DNA of 64,000 bases from an uncultured Pseudomonadales bacterium. GTDB taxonomy: Bacteria > Pseudomonadota > Gammaproteobacteria > Pseudomonadales > UBA7434. Both the position numbers and the translations under genes were made by a program. Location: the NCBI GenBank assembly GCA_964504585.1, contig CAZDEW010000003.1, positions 13,960-77,959 of the forward strand, read 5' to 3'. The notes below the pieces were generated by a model. That model was given only the letters and a program-made list of their open reading frames with translations. It was not told the DNA's origin and did no database searches. This document shows positions 54,608-62,986 of this stretch, one piece after another (the stretch's first letter is position 1; each line of letters opens with the position of its first letter).

Positions 54608-55978
54608 TTAGTCCGCAAAGAGCTCTTCATTGCGAGGTATTGAATCTTTATCCCGCAAACCCACTTCCAGTATTTTCGTTACCTCGCTACGAGGTAGCGC
54701 TTCGCTCAAATAGAACCCCTGTATGGAGTCACAACCCAGCTCCTCTAACAGTTCGAGATGCTCCCGGCGCTCTACGCCTTCAGCGATTACCCGCATCTTG
54801 AGTGTGTGCGCAACTTCGATGATTGCTTTCGTGATAGCTCGATCAGCTTCGCTTTCCGTGAGGTTTTGAATGAACATCTGGTCTATTTTCAAAATGTCTA
54901 CTGGAATCTGCTTGAGTAGTTTAAATGTTGAATAGCCTGTGCCGAAGTCGTCGATAGCGATTTCGACGCCCATTGCGCGAAGGTCTTTTAGCAGTGCTGG
55001 TGTTTTGCTGAAACTATCAAAAATAAGAGATTCTGTGAGCTCTATGACTAGTTGCCCGGGTGGAAAGCCGGTTTTCTTCAGCAGTCGACGAATTAAGGAC
55101 AGCATGTCGTGTCGAATCAATTGCTTCGCTGAAAGGTTAACGGCGATCTTAATATCTTTAACGCCTGCCTCTATCCAGCCCATGCCGTGTCGGCATGAGG
55201 TCTCCAGAACCATTTCACCAATTTGTGAGATCAGCCCCGCGCTTTCTGCGATCGGAATAAACTCGGCGGGTTTGATCCACCCCATCTCATCGTGTTTCCA
55301 GCGAACTAGCGCTTCCAGTGCCGTGATCTTACCAGACGCCAGATCCATTTTCGGTTGATAGTGGACCGACAAATCATTTCGAGCGAGCGCGTTGCGAAGC
55401 TCGACCTCGAGGTTGAGCCGTCTAAGGGAAGCCGAGGTGGAGCTACTCTTACCGAAAAACTTGATACTGTCGCCGCCAGTAAGCTTTGCTTGTTTTGCTG
55501 CGCTCATCGCCTGTTCGATGAGTTCCTGGGCGGTGCAGGCTTTTTGTGGATAGCAGCTAATGCCTATGCTGGCGGTTGCCACGAGTTGCTGATCCTCAAC
55601 GAAGAGAGGCTTTTTGATCGCGTGCAGAAGTCGATTGCCCATTTGCCGCAATTCCGCGACGTTGTAAATGGCGTCAAACAGCACGATAAATTTGTCTGCG
55701 GCGAGATGGAAATACATATAGCGCCCATCAAGAGCCGTGTTGATAGCTGACGCCAGACGATTATGCACCGTTTTGATCAGGGCATTCCCAACGGTATTGC
55801 CCAGAGTCGATGTGACCGTGTTGTAGCGGTCGAGATCGATGTAAAGCAAGGATAGTGAGCGGCGCTGCGATTTGGCCTTAGCCATCGCCAGCTTAATTCG
55901 CTGAGAGATATCAGCTTGCGCTGCGAGCAATGGAGCGCTTTCAAGAATGGACGATGTGGACTCGAAGTGTATGCTCAC
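54608..55978 (-). CDS. degenerate GGDEF plus EAL domain protein (probable c-di-GMP phosphodiesterase)
   Basis: The GGDEF position reads AADKF. The EAL domain is intact (ALEALVRW, DDFGTGYS, KIDQMF, EGVE). No sensor or TM domain. GTG start. Confidence 0.8.
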   Translation of the reverse strand: MSIHFESTSSILESAPLLAAQADISQRIKLAMAKAKSQRRSLSLLYIDLDRYNTVTSTLGNTVGNALIKTVHNRLASAINTALDGRYMYFHLAADKFIVLFDAIYNVAELRQMGNRLLHAIKKPLFVEDQQLVATASIGISCYPQKACTAQELIEQAMSAAKQAKLTGGDSIKFFGKSSSTSASLRRLNLEVELRNALARNDLSVHYQPKMDLASGKITALEALVRWKHDEMGWIKPAEFIPIAESAGLISQIGEMVLETSCRHGMGWIEAGVKDIKIAVNLSAKQLIRHDMLSLIRRLLKKTGFPPGQLVIELTESLIFDSFSKTPALLKDLRAMGVEIAIDDFGTGYSTFKLLKQIPVDILKIDQMFIQNLTESEADRAITKAIIEVAHTLKMRVIAEGVERREHLELLEELGCDSIQGFYLSEALPRSEVTKILEVGLRDKDSIPRNEELFAD

Positions 55979-56308
55979 TTTCGCTCCAGTTGAGTTACTG
56001 AGCCATCGCTCGGCGATTGTTCTTCTTTCTTTTAAAACGCCCCCGAGGTTTGCTGGGTGCGCGCGATGATTTCATGGCCACAATTAAACGCCTTGCTCGA
56101 ATAGGAGGCAAGCTGCGCAACCGTAAAACAGTAATAATAACGAACACTTAGCATATGTTTTGAAGTTAATGTCTCATCTTTTGTGCCGAGAAACCAAAAG
56201 CGCGAAGCTCTACTGGTCATTGCGGGTAGACGCTACGAAATAGCCCGCTTTTCGCGTAACATTCTCGCTTTGAATCGCTTGTTCACGGTTTTGCCATAGT
56301 TGCTTTTG

Positions 56309-58477
56309 ATGGACGTTTCTAGACTCTTAGAAAATTTAAATGATGCCCAGCGTAATGCAGTCACCAGTGATAGTAAGCACTTACTAATACTGGCAGGCGC
56401 GGGCAGCGGTAAGACCAAGGCGCTGGTGCATCGTATTGCGTGGTTGATCCAGGTTGCCAATTGCTCCTCCTCCAGCCTGCTTGCGGTAACTTTTACCAAC
56501 AAGGCTGCAAAGGAAATGCGCTATAGAATAGGTGATTTAATGAAAGTGAGTACTCACGGCATGTGGGTCGGAACGTTTCATGGTATCGCCCATCGTCTGT
56601 TGAAAGCGCATTGGCACGATGCGGGCCTGCCTCAGAACTTCCAGATCATCGACAGCGAAGATCAGCTCCGTATGGTCAAGCGTATCGTGCGGGAGATGGA
56701 GCTCGATGAACAGCGCTTTTCACCAAAATCCCTGCAGTGGTATATCAATGGCTGTAAGGATGAGGGCAAGCGCGCCAGACATATCGAGGCCTATGACTAC
56801 TTTGAAAAAACCCAGCTCATGGTTTATGCAGAGTACGAGAAGGCCTGCTCGCGCGGCGGACAGGTCGATTTTGGCGAGCTACTGCTGCGATCACATGAAC
56901 TCTGGCTAGAGAAGCCCGAGTTGCTGAATCACTATCAGCAGCGATTTCGCCACATACTTGTGGACGAGTTCCAGGACACGAATACGATTCAATATGCCTG
57001 GCTCAGGGTACTCGCGGGAGCTCACACTGACGTGACCGTGGTTGGCGATGACGACCAATCAATCTACGGTTGGCGAGGCGCCAAAATTGCGAATATCCAG
57101 CAATTTTCCGATGACTTTCCAGACACGGAGCTCGTCAAGCTGGAGCAGAACTACCGTTCAACATCAACCATCCTCGATGCTGCGAACGCGGTTATTGCCA
57201 ACAATAATGGGCGCCTGGGTAAGGACCTGTGGACAGACCACGTGCATGGCGAGCCGATTCAGATTTACGCCGGATTTAATGAGCAGGACGAAGCGCGTTA
57301 CGTGGTTGATCGCATATCAAGTCTTTGCACTGAGGGCGCCAATTATCAGGATCATGCAATTCTCTACCGCTCAAACGCTCAGTCCAGGGTGTTTGAAGAG
57401 GCACTCATCAAGCTTGGTATGCCGTATCGAATCTATGGCGGGCAACGTTTCTACGACCGTATGGAGATTAAAAACGCGGTGGCGTACCTGCGCCTGGCTT
57501 ATCAGCATGACGATGACACCGCCTTCGAGAGAATCATTAATACGCCCACGCGCGGAATCGGAAGTAAGACGGTCGATACCATTCGATTCTATGCTAGAGA
57601 AAACGGATTGACGCTTTGGCGCGCTAGCAAGGCTTCGCTCGAAGCAACGGTTTTTTCTCCCCGTGCTGCAAAGGCTATTAAGGCCTTTCTGCAAATGATT
57701 GAAGAGCTTGGTGACTATATCACCGCCAACTCGCTGGAGCAGTCAATGGAAAGAGCGCTCGAGGTGAGCGATTTAATCGCGTTCCACGGCCGTGAGCCTG
57801 GCGAGAAGGGCCGCACAAGGGTTGAGAACTTGCAAGAGCTTCTTAGCGCTGCAAAGTTGTTCCAACCCGAAGAGGAATCTTTGGCAATACGTGAATTTCT
57901 CGATACCGCCGCTCTCGATGCGGGTGAACAACAAGCGGATGAACATACGGATGCTGTGCAGCTTATGACACTCCATTCCGCTAAAGGCCTCGAATTTCCA
58001 ACTGTCTTTCTACCGGGTTTGGAGGAAGGGCTGTTTCCGCATCGAAACTCTTCGGAAGACCCAGATCAGCTCGAGGAGGAGCGACGACTCTGCTATGTGG
58101 GTATTACCAGAGCAAGAAAAAATTTGACCATCTGTTATGCTGAGTCTCGGCGCTGGTACGGTCAGGAGCAATTCAATGCCGTCTCTCGTTTTGTTCGCGA
58201 AATTCCCGATCGGTGCGTCGAGGAAGTACGCCTTGATACCGCTGTTCGACGACCTGTTTTCAGCGCAGCGTCAAGAAGCGCTGCCGCAGCTGTCAGTGCC
58301 GGTGAAGACTTGGAAGCCGGTTTGATACTCGGGCAAAGAGTGAACCACAAGATTTTTGGCGATGGAGTTGTCTTGAATTTGGAGGGCAGCGGCCCTAACT
58401 CGCGCGTTCAAGTCAATTTTGACGGCGAGGGCAGCAAGTGGTTGGTCGCAGCTTTTGCGAATTTGGAACCGGTTTAA
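56309..58477 (+). CDS. uvrD: DNA helicase II UvrD
   Basis: MDVSRLLENLNDAQRNAV...ILAGAGSGKT..., DEFQDTN, VGDDDQSIYGWRGA, TLHSAKGLEF, YVGITRA. Confidence 0.94.
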   Translation: MDVSRLLENLNDAQRNAVTSDSKHLLILAGAGSGKTKALVHRIAWLIQVANCSSSSLLAVTFTNKAAKEMRYRIGDLMKVSTHGMWVGTFHGIAHRLLKAHWHDAGLPQNFQIIDSEDQLRMVKRIVREMELDEQRFSPKSLQWYINGCKDEGKRARHIEAYDYFEKTQLMVYAEYEKACSRGGQVDFGELLLRSHELWLEKPELLNHYQQRFRHILVDEFQDTNTIQYAWLRVLAGAHTDVTVVGDDDQSIYGWRGAKIANIQQFSDDFPDTELVKLEQNYRSTSTILDAANAVIANNNGRLGKDLWTDHVHGEPIQIYAGFNEQDEARYVVDRISSLCTEGANYQDHAILYRSNAQSRVFEEALIKLGMPYRIYGGQRFYDRMEIKNAVAYLRLAYQHDDDTAFERIINTPTRGIGSKTVDTIRFYARENGLTLWRASKASLEATVFSPRAAKAIKAFLQMIEELGDYITANSLEQSMERALEVSDLIAFHGREPGEKGRTRVENLQELLSAAKLFQPEEESLAIREFLDTAALDAGEQQADEHTDAVQLMTLHSAKGLEFPTVFLPGLEEGLFPHRNSSEDPDQLEEERRLCYVGITRARKNLTICYAESRRWYGQEQFNAVSRFVREIPDRCVEEVRLDTAVRRPVFSAASRSAAAAVSAGEDLEAGLILGQRVNHKIFGDGVVLNLEGSGPNSRVQVNFDGEGSKWLVAAFANLEPV

Positions 58478-58516
58478 ACCATTTTTACTATTGAGAAATT
58501 TTTCAGAGCGAAATTT

Positions 58517-59665
58517 ATGAGAAGTACGCCCAGAGCTTTGCTAGCCATTAAACGACTACAGGGTCATCGTGTTCTAACCACGTTGATAGCTTGTCTGCTA
58601 CTGATTTTCTTGAGTGCCTGTGGTGGTTCTGAGCCCACTTCCACAGGAGAAAACTCAGTTGCCGACAAAAAGTTTAAATGGAAGCTTGTAACCACATGGC
58701 AAAAGAACTTCCCGGGGCTGGGCACTGCACCTGAAAACTTCGCCCGACTCGTCAATGAAATGAGTGACGGCCGACTGCAGATTAAAGTATTCGCCGCCGG
58801 TGAGATTGTTCCCGCACTGGAGGTTTTTAGTGCCGTTTCAGGCGGCACTGCAGAGATGGGACACGGCGCCGCTTACTACTGGAAAGGGAAAATACCTTCT
58901 TCCGTGTTTTTTACATCGGTACCCTTTGGTATGAACGCTCAGGAGATGAACGGCTGGCTGCACTACGGAGGTGGCCTCGAGCTTTGGCGTGAGGCTTATG
59001 CGCCGTTCAATTTGATACCCTTTGCTGGTGGAAGCACGGGCGTGCAAATGGGTGGGTGGTTTAACCGGGAGGTTAATTCCCTGAATGACTTTGACGGCTT
59101 GAAGATGCGAATCCCCGGAATTGGCGGAGAGGTCTTCTCTAGAGCGGGCGGCACTGCCGTCAGCATGGCCGGTGGAGAAATCTACACCTCGATGCAAACA
59201 GGTGTAATCGATGCCACCGAATGGGTTGGCCCCTACAACGATCTTGCTTACGGCTTTGCGGATGTCGCTGAGTATTATTATGTACCAGGCTGGCACGAGC
59301 CAGGTGCGGTTCTAGAGTTCATAGTCAATGAAAGCGCTTACGCGGAGTTGCCCGCCGATCTACAGGCCATCGTTAAGGTTGCTGCCCGAGCAATCAATCA
59401 GGATATGCTAGACGAATATACTGCAAGAAATAATCAGGCGCTCAAACAACTACTTGATAAAGGTGTAGAGATTCGTGAATTTCCGCAGGATGTTGTTGCG
59501 GCGCTCTCTGAAATATCACAAGAGGTCTACGCTGAGAATGCGGAAAAAGATGCGTTATTCAAAAAAGTGTATGAGTCTTATTCCGTCTTTCAAAAAGATG
59601 TTAGTCAATACCACAGAATTAGCGAAGAAGCGTACTATGAGCTTCGTAACTCGATAGCACGATAA
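58517..59665 (+). CDS. TRAP transporter substrate-binding protein (DctP/FcbT1-type), orphan
   Basis: Signal/lipobox (FLSACGG), then KWKLVTTWQKNFPGLGTAPENFARLVNEMSDGRLQIKVF... No permease genes adjacent. Confidence 0.8.
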   Translation: MRSTPRALLAIKRLQGHRVLTTLIACLLLIFLSACGGSEPTSTGENSVADKKFKWKLVTTWQKNFPGLGTAPENFARLVNEMSDGRLQIKVFAAGEIVPALEVFSAVSGGTAEMGHGAAYYWKGKIPSSVFFTSVPFGMNAQEMNGWLHYGGGLELWREAYAPFNLIPFAGGSTGVQMGGWFNREVNSLNDFDGLKMRIPGIGGEVFSRAGGTAVSMAGGEIYTSMQTGVIDATEWVGPYNDLAYGFADVAEYYYVPGWHEPGAVLEFIVNESAYAELPADLQAIVKVAARAINQDMLDEYTARNNQALKQLLDKGVEIREFPQDVVAALSEISQEVYAENAEKDALFKKVYESYSVFQKDVSQYHRISEEAYYELRNSIAR

Positions 59666-59704
59666 ACGCTTCATCAATTTGGAAACAATTTTTGGAATAT
59701 AACT

Positions 59705-60523
59705 ATGAAACGTACAGTCTGGATTACCGGAGCCTCATCGGGTATTGGCGAGGCGATTGCCAGAGTTATGGCAAGGCAGAATACCAATTTGATTTTATCC
59801 AGCCGCAGAGAGGAAGAGCTAGAGCGAGTCAAAAGTCTGTGCGTAACAAGTGGTGCGAGCGAAGATTCTGTACTGGTTTTACCGATGGACGTTACCGATG
59901 AAAGTGCTATGCCTCAGATTGTGAAACAAGCGGAGAGTGCGTTTGGCGGTATAGACCTGCTGATTAACAATGCGGGCATCTCTCAGCGTTCACTTTGCCA
60001 GAACACGGAAATGGCAGTCTATCGCACCCTATTTGACATAGATGTTTTCGGGCAAATTGCGGTTACCAAGTTGGTGTTGCCTGCAATGCTTGAGCGCGGA
60101 ACAGGCCATATCGCTGTTACGTCTTCGGTCGCCGGCAAAATTGGCGTTGCGCAACGCACCGGATACTGTGCGGCCAAGCACGCGATGATGGGATTCTTTG
60201 ATGCCTTGCGTGCCGAGGTGGAACATCAGGGCGTAGATGTCAGTACCATCACACCTGGCTGGATTAAAACGGCCGTATCTGAAAATGCCATCAGTGGTGA
60301 TGGCAGCAGCTACGGGAAAATGGATAAGGACATCGCAAATGGTATGGATGTTAACGAGGCGGCAGAAGTCATCGTCTCTGGTCTCAATAAAAAGAAAAAG
60401 GAGATCGCCGTGGGTGGTCGCCTTGAGATGGTGGCGCTTAGACTGAAGCGATTTTTCCCCGGCGTTGTTTTTAACATGATGAGCAAGCGAGGCGCTGAGG
60501 CGTTGCGCAACGAACAATCTTGA
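59705..60523 (+). CDS. short-chain dehydrogenase/reductase (SDR)
   Basis: TGASSGIG, NNAG, and the S...YxxxK catalytic motif (YCAAK). Confidence 0.82.
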   Translation: MKRTVWITGASSGIGEAIARVMARQNTNLILSSRREEELERVKSLCVTSGASEDSVLVLPMDVTDESAMPQIVKQAESAFGGIDLLINNAGISQRSLCQNTEMAVYRTLFDIDVFGQIAVTKLVLPAMLERGTGHIAVTSSVAGKIGVAQRTGYCAAKHAMMGFFDALRAEVEHQGVDVSTITPGWIKTAVSENAISGDGSSYGKMDKDIANGMDVNEAAEVIVSGLNKKKKEIAVGGRLEMVALRLKRFFPGVVFNMMSKRGAEALRNEQS

Positions 60524-60548
60524 ATGTCTGACTAACTAACAAACCTCG

Positions 60549-60758
60549 CTAGTAGTGTGGGGGCTTCTCAATCTCGGCGTGAATCTCATCGCTTGTGATC
60601 GCGCCGAGCTTTTCCAACAGAAGTTTGTTGCTTTTAGCAAGCGTTGAGTAGTCTTTTTGTAGCTCTGCTACCACGTCAGAAAGTTGCTGGTGGCTCTGTT
60701 CGAGAAACGCAATTTTCATTTGTAGCTGAATAATATCGTTGTCTTGTTCTGCCATCAC
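60549..60758 (-). CDS. slyX: SlyX-family protein
   Basis: 69-aa coiled-coil (LQMKIAFLEQSHQQLSDVV) ending in PPHY. Confidence 0.8.
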   Translation of the reverse strand: MMAEQDNDIIQLQMKIAFLEQSHQQLSDVVAELQKDYSTLAKSNKLLLEKLGAITSDEIHAEIEKPPHY

Positions 60759-60780
60759 TTGCTTGCTTTATCGTAAAATT

Positions 60781-60814
60781 AAACAAAGCCCGCGTTGTTG
60801 CGGGCTTTGTTTTT
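60781..60814 (-). terminator. strong (bidirectional-looking) Rho-independent terminator downstream of hsp20
   Basis: aaacaaagcccgc-gttgtt-gcgggctttgttt, a 13-bp perfect stem with T/A-rich flanks on both strands. Confidence 0.8.
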
Positions 60815-60863
60815 AAGGGCTTTGTTGTTAAGGACTCTGTTGTTGCAGGCTCTGTTATTACGA
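60802..60863 (-). repeat. four tandem degenerate 15-16 nt repeats (minus-strand reading ..AAYAACARAG..)
   Basis: Plus strand: GGGCTTTGTTTTTAA / GGGCTTTGTTGTTAA / GGACTCTGTTGTTGCA / GGCTCTGTTATTACGA. The first unit is the right arm of the terminator. Confidence 0.85.
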
Positions 60864-60909
60864 GCGCTGAGCCTACTATAATCAGGCCGGAATTGTCATT
60901 GCCACAACG

Positions 60910-61401
60910 TCAGTTAATACGTACCTCTCTTGCGCCCGGATCGACTGGAGCCGTTTTGGGCAGGGTGATTGTCAATACTCCATCGACCATCTCGGCCGAA
61001 ACCGCGTCAATATCGACGCTTTCGTCTAGCAAGAATTTACGCGCGTAATTTAATTGAGTTCTCTCCCGGCGTAACAGCAACTTTTCCGCCGCGTTGCGTT
61101 CTGCCCCGTTTTCGGCGCTGGCATCTACAGCTTCTTGATTTGAATGGTCGATTTTTGTCTGTAGCGATAGCTCTCCATCTTTTATGTCAAGGGAGACTTG
61201 CTCTTTCTTGATGCCGGGCAGGTCAATGAATAATTGATACTGTTGCTTTGTTTCGTAGATGTCGGCAGCTGGTCGAGCACTACGCTCCTTTTCTTGCTTT
61301 CTTACCGCTAAATAAGGCTGGGAGTAAAAACCATCGAAAATCGAATCAATAGCTGGATGCCTTACTGATCTGAATGGTCGAGTAGAAATTGCGTAGCTCA
61401 T
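60910..61401 (-). CDS. Hsp20/alpha-crystallin small heat-shock protein
   Basis: 163 aa. PAADIYETKQQYQLFIDLPGIKKEQVSLDIKDGELSL...GVLTITLPK. Confidence 0.87.
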   Translation of the reverse strand: MSYAISTRPFRSVRHPAIDSIFDGFYSQPYLAVRKQEKERSARPAADIYETKQQYQLFIDLPGIKKEQVSLDIKDGELSLQTKIDHSNQEAVDASAENGAERNAAEKLLLRRERTQLNYARKFLLDESVDIDAVSAEMVDGVLTITLPKTAPVDPGAREVRIN

Positions 61402-61519
61402 ATCAATATCCTCATATTACATTTGATGGGCACTCATCCCTTTGCGAGAATTCCCGTCTAACGATGGGGCTGTTGTGAGCGCCGTTTCTATCGCTGGGGG
61501 CTATCGCCCCTCACGTTGA

Positions 61520-61549
61520 AGATATTGCGGTTGAATGTGATTTTTCAAG
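61520..61549 (-). promoter_or_regulatory. possible sigma32-type promoter for hsp20 (CTTGAAA, about 13 nt spacer, CCGCAATAT)
   Basis: By-eye match to CTTGAA/CCCCATnT. The -10 element is imperfect. Confidence 0.25.
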
Positions 61550-61651
61550 GAAAAAGCTGAAGTTTTTGCTAATCAGCGACCGTTCGAAAAAACAATAGAA
61601 TTCGCTTGAAAAGCGAGAAATCGCCCCAAGCGCAGGTGTATCGTATTCTGG

Positions 61652-62704
61652 CTAGCAGCAAGCGCCGGAATCCAGATTTTGGCTATTGCTTTCTTTAAAG
61701 GGCATGTTTGTACCACAGCCTTCGAAGATCCCGAAGTGAGTGTTTCTATTGCCGTAGAAATCGAAGTGCCTAGCGAATCGCGTCGACTTGAGCATGTCGT
61801 AACTGTTTCCACAAACAGGCATGATCTTACCTGCCGGAAAAGTATGCCCGTTGTCTAACACCATATCTTTGGGGCTCTCTGCGATTGAGCCTCGGTAGGC
61901 AACTGCTTCACCATAATCTTCGCAGGCGGGTTCCAGTGATGATATTTTGAAAAGTCTGTAGGTTGCGGAGAAAAACTGAATAGGGTCAAGCAATTCTTTA
62001 ATTTCGTCGTTTTCGATAGTGAGTGGCCGGTCTTCCACAAGCCTGGGGTCGGCGAAACCCTGGCGCTTGGCTATAGACATGAAGTCGTTCCAGTAAAGCG
62101 CGCCGCTTAAGCATTCGCCGTACAGCAGCTCGTTGTCGACCAATGCCTGGGGAACACGCCTGTCAGCGTAGACATCTGAAAAGTACATCTCCCCGCCCTC
62201 TGCCAACAGACGATGAGCCTGTTTAAGCACGGCATCTTTATCGGGCGATAAATTAATAACGCAGTTAGAAATAATCAGATCAAAACTCCCGTCTTCAAAG
62301 GGCAGTTCATCGAGCCTTTCGATATAGCCTTTGTAGAAGGAGACGTTAGACTCAGCGTAGCCAAAAGCGTCACGGTGATAATCAATGTGTCGCCGCGCCA
62401 CGTCGAGTTGCTCGTCAGTCATATCGACGCCGACAACGGACCCTGATTCGCCAACTAGCGCAGAAAGCATATAGGCATCCCGGCCGGAGCCTGAGCCTAG
62501 ATCAAGAATTCGCAGCCCCTCGAGCTCGACCGGAACGACGAGGCCGCAGCCGTAGTACTTGCTGGCAACCTCATCATGAATCTTGCCCAATATCGATTTG
62601 ATATGTTCGGGCGGCGCCTCTAGCGTACAACAGGCATCTGTCTGCAAATCGTCTGAGTTTTGCAGGGTTTTACCGTAGTAGTCTTTAACGTGATCAAGCA
62701 TCAT
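61652..62704 (-). CDS. arsM: arsenite S-adenosylmethionine methyltransferase, AS3MT/ArsM-type
   Basis: 350 aa. VKDYYGKTLQNSDDLQTDACC...IHDEVASKYYGCGLVVP...ILDLGSGSGRD...ISNCVINL...YGECLSGALYW is collinear with animal AS3MT as I recall it, including the conserved Cys positions and a C-terminal CC. Confidence 0.78.
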   Translation of the reverse strand: MMLDHVKDYYGKTLQNSDDLQTDACCTLEAPPEHIKSILGKIHDEVASKYYGCGLVVPVELEGLRILDLGSGSGRDAYMLSALVGESGSVVGVDMTDEQLDVARRHIDYHRDAFGYAESNVSFYKGYIERLDELPFEDGSFDLIISNCVINLSPDKDAVLKQAHRLLAEGGEMYFSDVYADRRVPQALVDNELLYGECLSGALYWNDFMSIAKRQGFADPRLVEDRPLTIENDEIKELLDPIQFFSATYRLFKISSLEPACEDYGEAVAYRGSIAESPKDMVLDNGHTFPAGKIMPVCGNSYDMLKSTRFARHFDFYGNRNTHFGIFEGCGTNMPFKESNSQNLDSGACC

Positions 62705-62855
62705 AATCTTCCAATCTGGCGAGATCGCATCATCGCGATCAATGTATCGGTTCTAACTGTACCGATACCAACTGTTCTAACAACAAAAGCACCTCGATAC
62801 GACTTTGCAACAGAATAAAGTTTTGCTCTGATGGCCCCCGTTAACTGGAGCTATA

Positions 62856-62920
62856 CTGCAGTAAAGGACTGCAACTTAGGTCTGCAACTTAGGTCTGCAA
62901 CAAAAGGCCTGCATTGGCAT
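62856..62920. repeat. four to five tandem 13-bp repeats (CTGCAnnnnAGGn)
   Basis: ctgcagtaaagga / ctgcaacttaggt / ctgcaacttaggt / ctgcaacaaaagg / cctgcattggcat, in the divergent arsM-DUF4124 intergenic region. Confidence 0.85.
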
Positions 62921-62986
62921 TCGTAGCTACAACGTCAGCGCCCAGCGATCATAGTAAATGATCCGGGCTCAACGGGATACTTAGAC

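Noticed and set aside
56032-56502. ORFs 56032..56220 and 56233..56502 between the EAL gene and uvrD.
   Set aside because: There is no RBS, the composition is odd, and the second overlaps the uvrD 5' end. Likely spurious.
48921-62920. CRISPR-like interpretation of the several short tandem repeat arrays (48921, 51295, 60802, 62856).
   Set aside because: The units are 8-16 bp and head-to-tail, with no unique spacers. No cas genes are present. They are not CRISPR arrays.
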